Positions 59,426 through 64,000 of a stretch of DNA of 64,000 nt are shown here, piece by piece. Source of the stretch: Microthyrium microscopicum (lineage: Eukaryota); assembly GCA_010405405.1 (NCBI GenBank), contig MU004232.1:2065481-2129480 (forward strand), given 5' to 3'. Each line of letters begins with the position of its first letter. Position 1 is the first letter of the stretch. The position numbers were made by a program, and so were the translations under genes. The notes under the pieces were generated by a model, which was not told the origin of the DNA, did not search any database, and saw only the letters and a program-made list of their open reading frames with translations.

Positions 59426-61878
59426 ATAATAAATAATTAAATAGTAACTTAATAATAGTATTAGCGCTTATTATTATAATTAATTCTATATATAAGCTAT
59501 TAAGTTAAGCGTCTAGATATATAAAGGAAGCACTTCTCTAGACTTAAAGATACTATTTATATATAGTATTATTAAGAGTAAGATAAGAAGAAGTCTATAG
59601 ATACTTATTAACTACTTTAGAAGGCTATAGCGTTATATTCTTATATTTATACTACTAAAATTAAGGCTTAAGAGATACTAGCGACTTATTAATTCTTAAA
59701 GAGCTAGCTTCATAATTATATAAAGCGCTTTAAAATTGCGTAAAGAAAGGCAACCTATATAGCTTAGAAACTACCTAATAGTTAGGTTCCTATATACGCT
59801 AATCTTATTAAATTTATAAAGCTTACTACCTATAAGGCTATAGCGCTAGCTAGTAGTATTTAATTAAATATTAATATATTATTAGATAAAGAATTAATAG
59901 TAGTAGTACTTTCTAGTTAAATTACTAATATAAATAAAACGCTAATACCTTTTTATAACTTTAATAAGTATACTTTAGTAAATATAGGATCCTAAATAAT
60001 TACGATTTATACTTATAAAGATAAAGATAATAAATATTAAATAATAATTATATTATCTATTACTACTAATAGCATGCTTTAAATCCTACTACTAATTATC
60101 TTTTATAGTACTACTAATAAAGATAAAGGTTATATCTTAAAGACTAAGGGCGCATTCTATAACTAAGAGATATTTATTAAATATAATAAGACAGCGTAGA
60201 ATAATAAGGATATTATAAAGTAGTAGTTAGAATACTATTATCTTAAAGAATTAGATATAGCAATAGAGGGGCCTAAAGGGCCTATAGAGAGGTCTAAATA
60301 GTCTAAAGATATTCCATCTCCTTCTATCTTAAGTAATTCTTCTCTTATACCTTCTTAAAATAGAAATATTTTAGTACTAACTATAAGATCTAGAGCTTAA
60401 TTTAACAATATCTCTACTAAAATCTAGCCTTACTATAATATCTTTAATATCTTCTACCTCTTTAATATCTATAACATCTACTTCTAATCTTTCTATTTTT
60501 ATTATAGACGCCTTCTCTACTTATAAAATAACTACTATTAAGTAATAGTATAAAGACTATAATATTATTATTACTATTATTCTTCCTAATTATATATTCA
60601 AAATCTAACTACTTAATGTTAGCGTAAACAAGCTATTTAAATAACTCGTTAAGGACTTTTAGGACCTATAGGCCCCTATATTCTTTTAATAAGAGCGCTT
60701 TAAAGATATAAATATTAAAGATTTAGACTTCCTTAACTAGAATATATCTTAATATTAAGTATTTATAACGCATATTATAGTAAAGGCCTAGTAACTACTT
60801 TACTTTAAGAATTCTTTAATAATTAGATAATCTTTTACTATTACTAGTTTAAATACTATACCTAAAAACGTTATTATTTGAAACGAGAAAAACAATATTA
60901 GCATTAAAGATTTAATAATACTATTAGACCTCTTAAACTAGCGCGCAGTAAAGTAAGAATCTATTAATATTCTTAGGGCTAGGGTTAATAAACAATAAGA
61001 GAAGATTAATAATCCTAATATAGAAGCTAAAGATATTAGTAATAAAAATAATATAGAATACTATAATAAAGAAAAAGCTAATAATTATATTCTTCTACCT
61101 ATTAACGAAGATAAAGCTATAATTAATTTATCCTTTATTAAATTAATAGAAGATATATAGCAAAATTTATATATAAACGACCTAATACCTACATCGTTGC
61201 TAATTATCCTACTATACCCTAACTCTTAGCCTAACCCTCAGCCTAACTCTTAGCCTAATTACTAGATCCTCTTACTAAAGGATTTTAAATAATATTACTA
61301 CTATCTTTATTAAAATTAATAAGTAATTAAGCCTACTAATAGCCTCCTCTAAAATAGATTACTTAATAAATACAAAGAGTTAAATCCTAGCAAATTTTAG
61401 TATTAGACTACCTCTAAGTTACTAATATTAATATTAGTATTCTAGTATCTAGAGCTTCCTTAATTTAAGCCCTATCTTATTAAAGAACCTAGCTAAAATG
61501 TCTATCTTTAGCATTTAATAGTAATATTCTATTATTAATAGGACTACTTAAATTAGTAATTAGACATTAAATTAAGTAGTATTCTTAGCCTATAGCAAAT
61601 ATAGATAAACGATAAAAATCGTAAGTAACATCTACTCTATATTAGTATTAAAAATACGCTTTAAAACTATTACTTATATATAATACTATAACTTTCTAAT
61701 TTTGCTATTTTATGCTAATAAGATATAGTTATATAGCTTTAATTTTAAGTATTTAATAGGTTTAAGGATAGGAACGCTATTATAGTTTTTAGCGTTCTAA
61801 AAACGGATTACTACAAAATTACTATAGGAGGCATTTCTATAGAAACCAGCCTAAAAACGCCTCTCTAGCGCCCCAGAG

Positions 61879-61907
61879 CTTGTTGACATCTTGTTAGCTT
61901 TTTACGG
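61879..61907 (-). repeat. Right terminal inverted repeat
   Basis: Reverse complement matches the left TIR at 28/29 positions (one G>A change); followed by TA at 61908-61909. Confidence 0.92.
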
Positions 61908-63002
61908 TAGGATGAAAGAGAGTATCAGATAAGAGTCATGAACCACCAAATCTGGCCAAGCGTGACAGGCAAATGCTGCGACAGTCGCGTGCAGAGGCTG
62001 GCGTGCGATCGACAGCCGAGCGAATCAAACCACTTGTGGATATTCCTTTGCTCGGATCCTCGAGACACCGAAAAGTGTCATAAACAACATCTAAGCGCGG
62101 CGAACAATCATTCAAATGGAGAAGAATTTTACAAGTAGATATTAGGCTAACTTTGAGTGGAATTCGATTAATCAACCAGTCTTAAAACTCCGGGCATTTA
62201 CTGATTTAGCGGCGATCTAGTTCTTTGGGTTCCTATTGTCCCTAAAATGAACAAGGTACCAATTTTTAATTGGCTGAATGGATAGTTCCAACTACAGTCA
62301 TAATGGACCACAAAATTGGTGGCGCACTCCCATCAAACCTATGCTCCTTTTGCCATCAAAGGTGTTGGAGTTTTTATGACTTCCTAGGTTCAAAACGAAG
62401 TCACAGCACCATTCTTCTATTCATGGTAATATTCCGTAATTGTGGTCAACTCGACAAGGCCCAACCGCATGACAAATTAACTGGCGTTCTCCCATCAACT
62501 TCGCTGGCTCCCATGAACGCTTCTAATTGAGAGGTGTTATATTTTCCTTTGAATTTAACAGAACTCCCGAGTCCAAACGCCCTATATGGTATATAAAACA
62601 CCCGATACCAGAGCGTGTGGGATTTATCGAAGTCGGTGGGGGCATGCCAAATATTTTGTCTATCAGTTAAATGCCATTTGTCTCGCTCACATGCTCGTAT
62701 GTTTTTAACTCACTCATTCTTGTCAATATGAACAATAGCTTCCTAGCACTGAGTAGCAAAATACCGTGTTGTACAGGCGAAAGCCCTGAAAAATCAAGTC
62801 TATCTGTGAATATGGTAATGGAATGTAAGAGTAGGAGCTTCTACTCAAGTGTTCTACATGATAGTTCTTAAAAGGCGTGATAACCAGCTGCTTATGGTAC
62901 TATTTCACACTGCCAACTGGATTAAAAAATTGTGAGCATTAAATTTACAATGCGAGGGATGACACATTTGATTATAGGACAAGTAAAAGCAAAAAAAGAT
63001 GA

Positions 63003-63111
63003 TGGAGCTGGCGAAATTCGAACCCGCAGTACCACTGGCCTGGGAGCAGCAGGGAAAAGGATTCAGCGTCAGCCAATGTCCTGGGCGTGTTACCAATTAC
63101 ACTACAACCCC
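63003..63111 (-). ncRNA. tRNA-like Pol III gene: Ala-type acceptor with aberrant expanded anticodon domain; possibly a pseudo-tRNA
   Basis: Acceptor GGGGTTG/CAGCTCC-A with G3:U70; D arm GTGT-AATTGGTA-ACAC; T arm GCGGG-TTCGAAT-TTCGC; T7 run 5 nt downstream. No canonical anticodon arm. Confidence 0.7.
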
Positions 63112-63581
63112 TTAGATTTTTGACTCAAAATTAGGGAGAAAGGACATATGACAGAGCTCGCAAAAAAATCTGGCCAGAGTGACTATAATCATTTGCTAGA
63201 ATACAAGTATCTACAATCTCATCCAATTTGAACTGTTCACTTTCCCTCGATGACTGTGCTTAACGAACGGAGCAAGACGCGGCGACGGCCACGGGGGAGC
63301 GACTACAAGTTTCTAGTGTTCTTGACTGCGATGATAGTGAAACCAATAAACCGTTTCTCCCTATGCTTTCACTGTATCAATGATGCCACGGGGCAATGTG
63401 ATTTTCGTGAACAGCAGTGAAATTGCTGTAGAGTAGTATAAAGGTTCAATTAATCCTCTGCTATTGATCTTCCGGACGTCCAGATCCAACAAACACAATT
63501 TACAAAGTCTTTGACAACTCCATCACCAGAGTTCTTCAACAAGATACAATACCTGTCTACTCTTCTTCCAAACTCACCAAA

Positions 63582-64000
63582 ATGCATCTCGGCAACATCT
63601 TGTCAATTGCTTTCGGACTTGTCGGAGTCTCAGTCGGTATCGTCTTGCCAACTCAGCCCAAGTCGGTCTCGATTGCAGACATTGCCGAAAGCTCCATCAT
63701 TCGTCGGAATACTACTAGCACCGCTGATAGATACGTGGTTCGCTGCAACGAGAACAATCTGAACAACGATGGCATTGTCGGCTGCTTGAGATTGCTCAGC
63801 GACGTTAACACGAGAATGAGGGGACAACAGTGCTTTGCCACTGGAAGCGGAAAACCTGGTAAGAATGGCACTGACTAGACAATGGATCTTTGCTTACATA
63901 TTTTAGGCGCCGGTACTTTCTGTCAAATCGAGGGTGCTTACGTCTCTGGGCGTGGATGGTCTGACAACGGCGGACCTGGAACAACAGTGGCTCTATGTAA
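63582..64000 (+). CDS. Small secreted cysteine-containing protein (effector-like), 3' end beyond the window
   Basis: Signal peptide MHLGNILSIAFGLVGVSVG; IRR possible Kex2 site; at least 4 Cys. Intron about 63859-63907 (GTAAG..TAG), then GAGTFCQIEGAYVSGRGW. TATAAA near 63437. Confidence 0.75.

Larger units (their letters stand above)
50895..61907 (+). mobile_element. pogo-like Tc1/mariner DNA transposon, RIP-inactivated, about 3.2 kb without the nested LTR element
   Basis: 29-bp TIRs with TA on both flanks. Relic DDE motifs on + strand: ITNINKT (from NMDET, 59921-59941), IDAFSTYK (from MDAFSAH, about 60504-60527), I*LLNVSVNKLFK (from QPLDVSVNKPFK, about 60603-60641). Confidence 0.85.

Noticed and set aside
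61216..61258. CCCTAA-like motifs suggesting an interstitial telomere
   Set aside because: Not a tandem hexamer array; it is a RIP-altered 12-bp repeat inside the transposon.
63040..63093. GCTGAC and CCCAG in the tRNA-like gene as a second spliceosomal intron
   Set aside because: No suitably placed GT donor; using GTAACA would delete half of the D stem, so splicing cannot restore a cloverleaf.

Overview
Genomic DNA of a filamentous ascomycete (Pezizomycotina: short GT-AG introns with CTRAC branch sites, and RIP). Positions 1-50.6 kb are gene-dense housekeeping sequence. Genes in order: DCAF4-like WD40, Tad3, Rph1/KDM4 demethylase, Vcx1, Nup49, thioredoxin-like, bZIP, DUF3632, Ras, WW-domain protein, WD40, bZIP-DUF3425, CE15 esterase, Nudix, Vtc2/3, S41 peptidase, ABCA transporter. 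Positions 50.9-61.9 kb are a RIP-destroyed nest: a full-length Ty3/Gypsy chromovirus (229-bp LTRs, ATAAT target duplication) inside a pogo-like DNA transposon (29-bp TIRs, TA duplication). A tRNA-like gene and a small secreted Cys protein follow it. The most striking observation is a complete tRNA-Gln(CTG) gene at 28317-28453 (-). Besides the normal 13-nt anticodon-loop intron, it carries a 53-nt insertion in the D-loop with all hallmarks of a U2 spliceosomal intron (GTATGT...GCTAAC...CAG). Removing it exactly restores the cloverleaf. All calls come from manual reading; no database searches were run.
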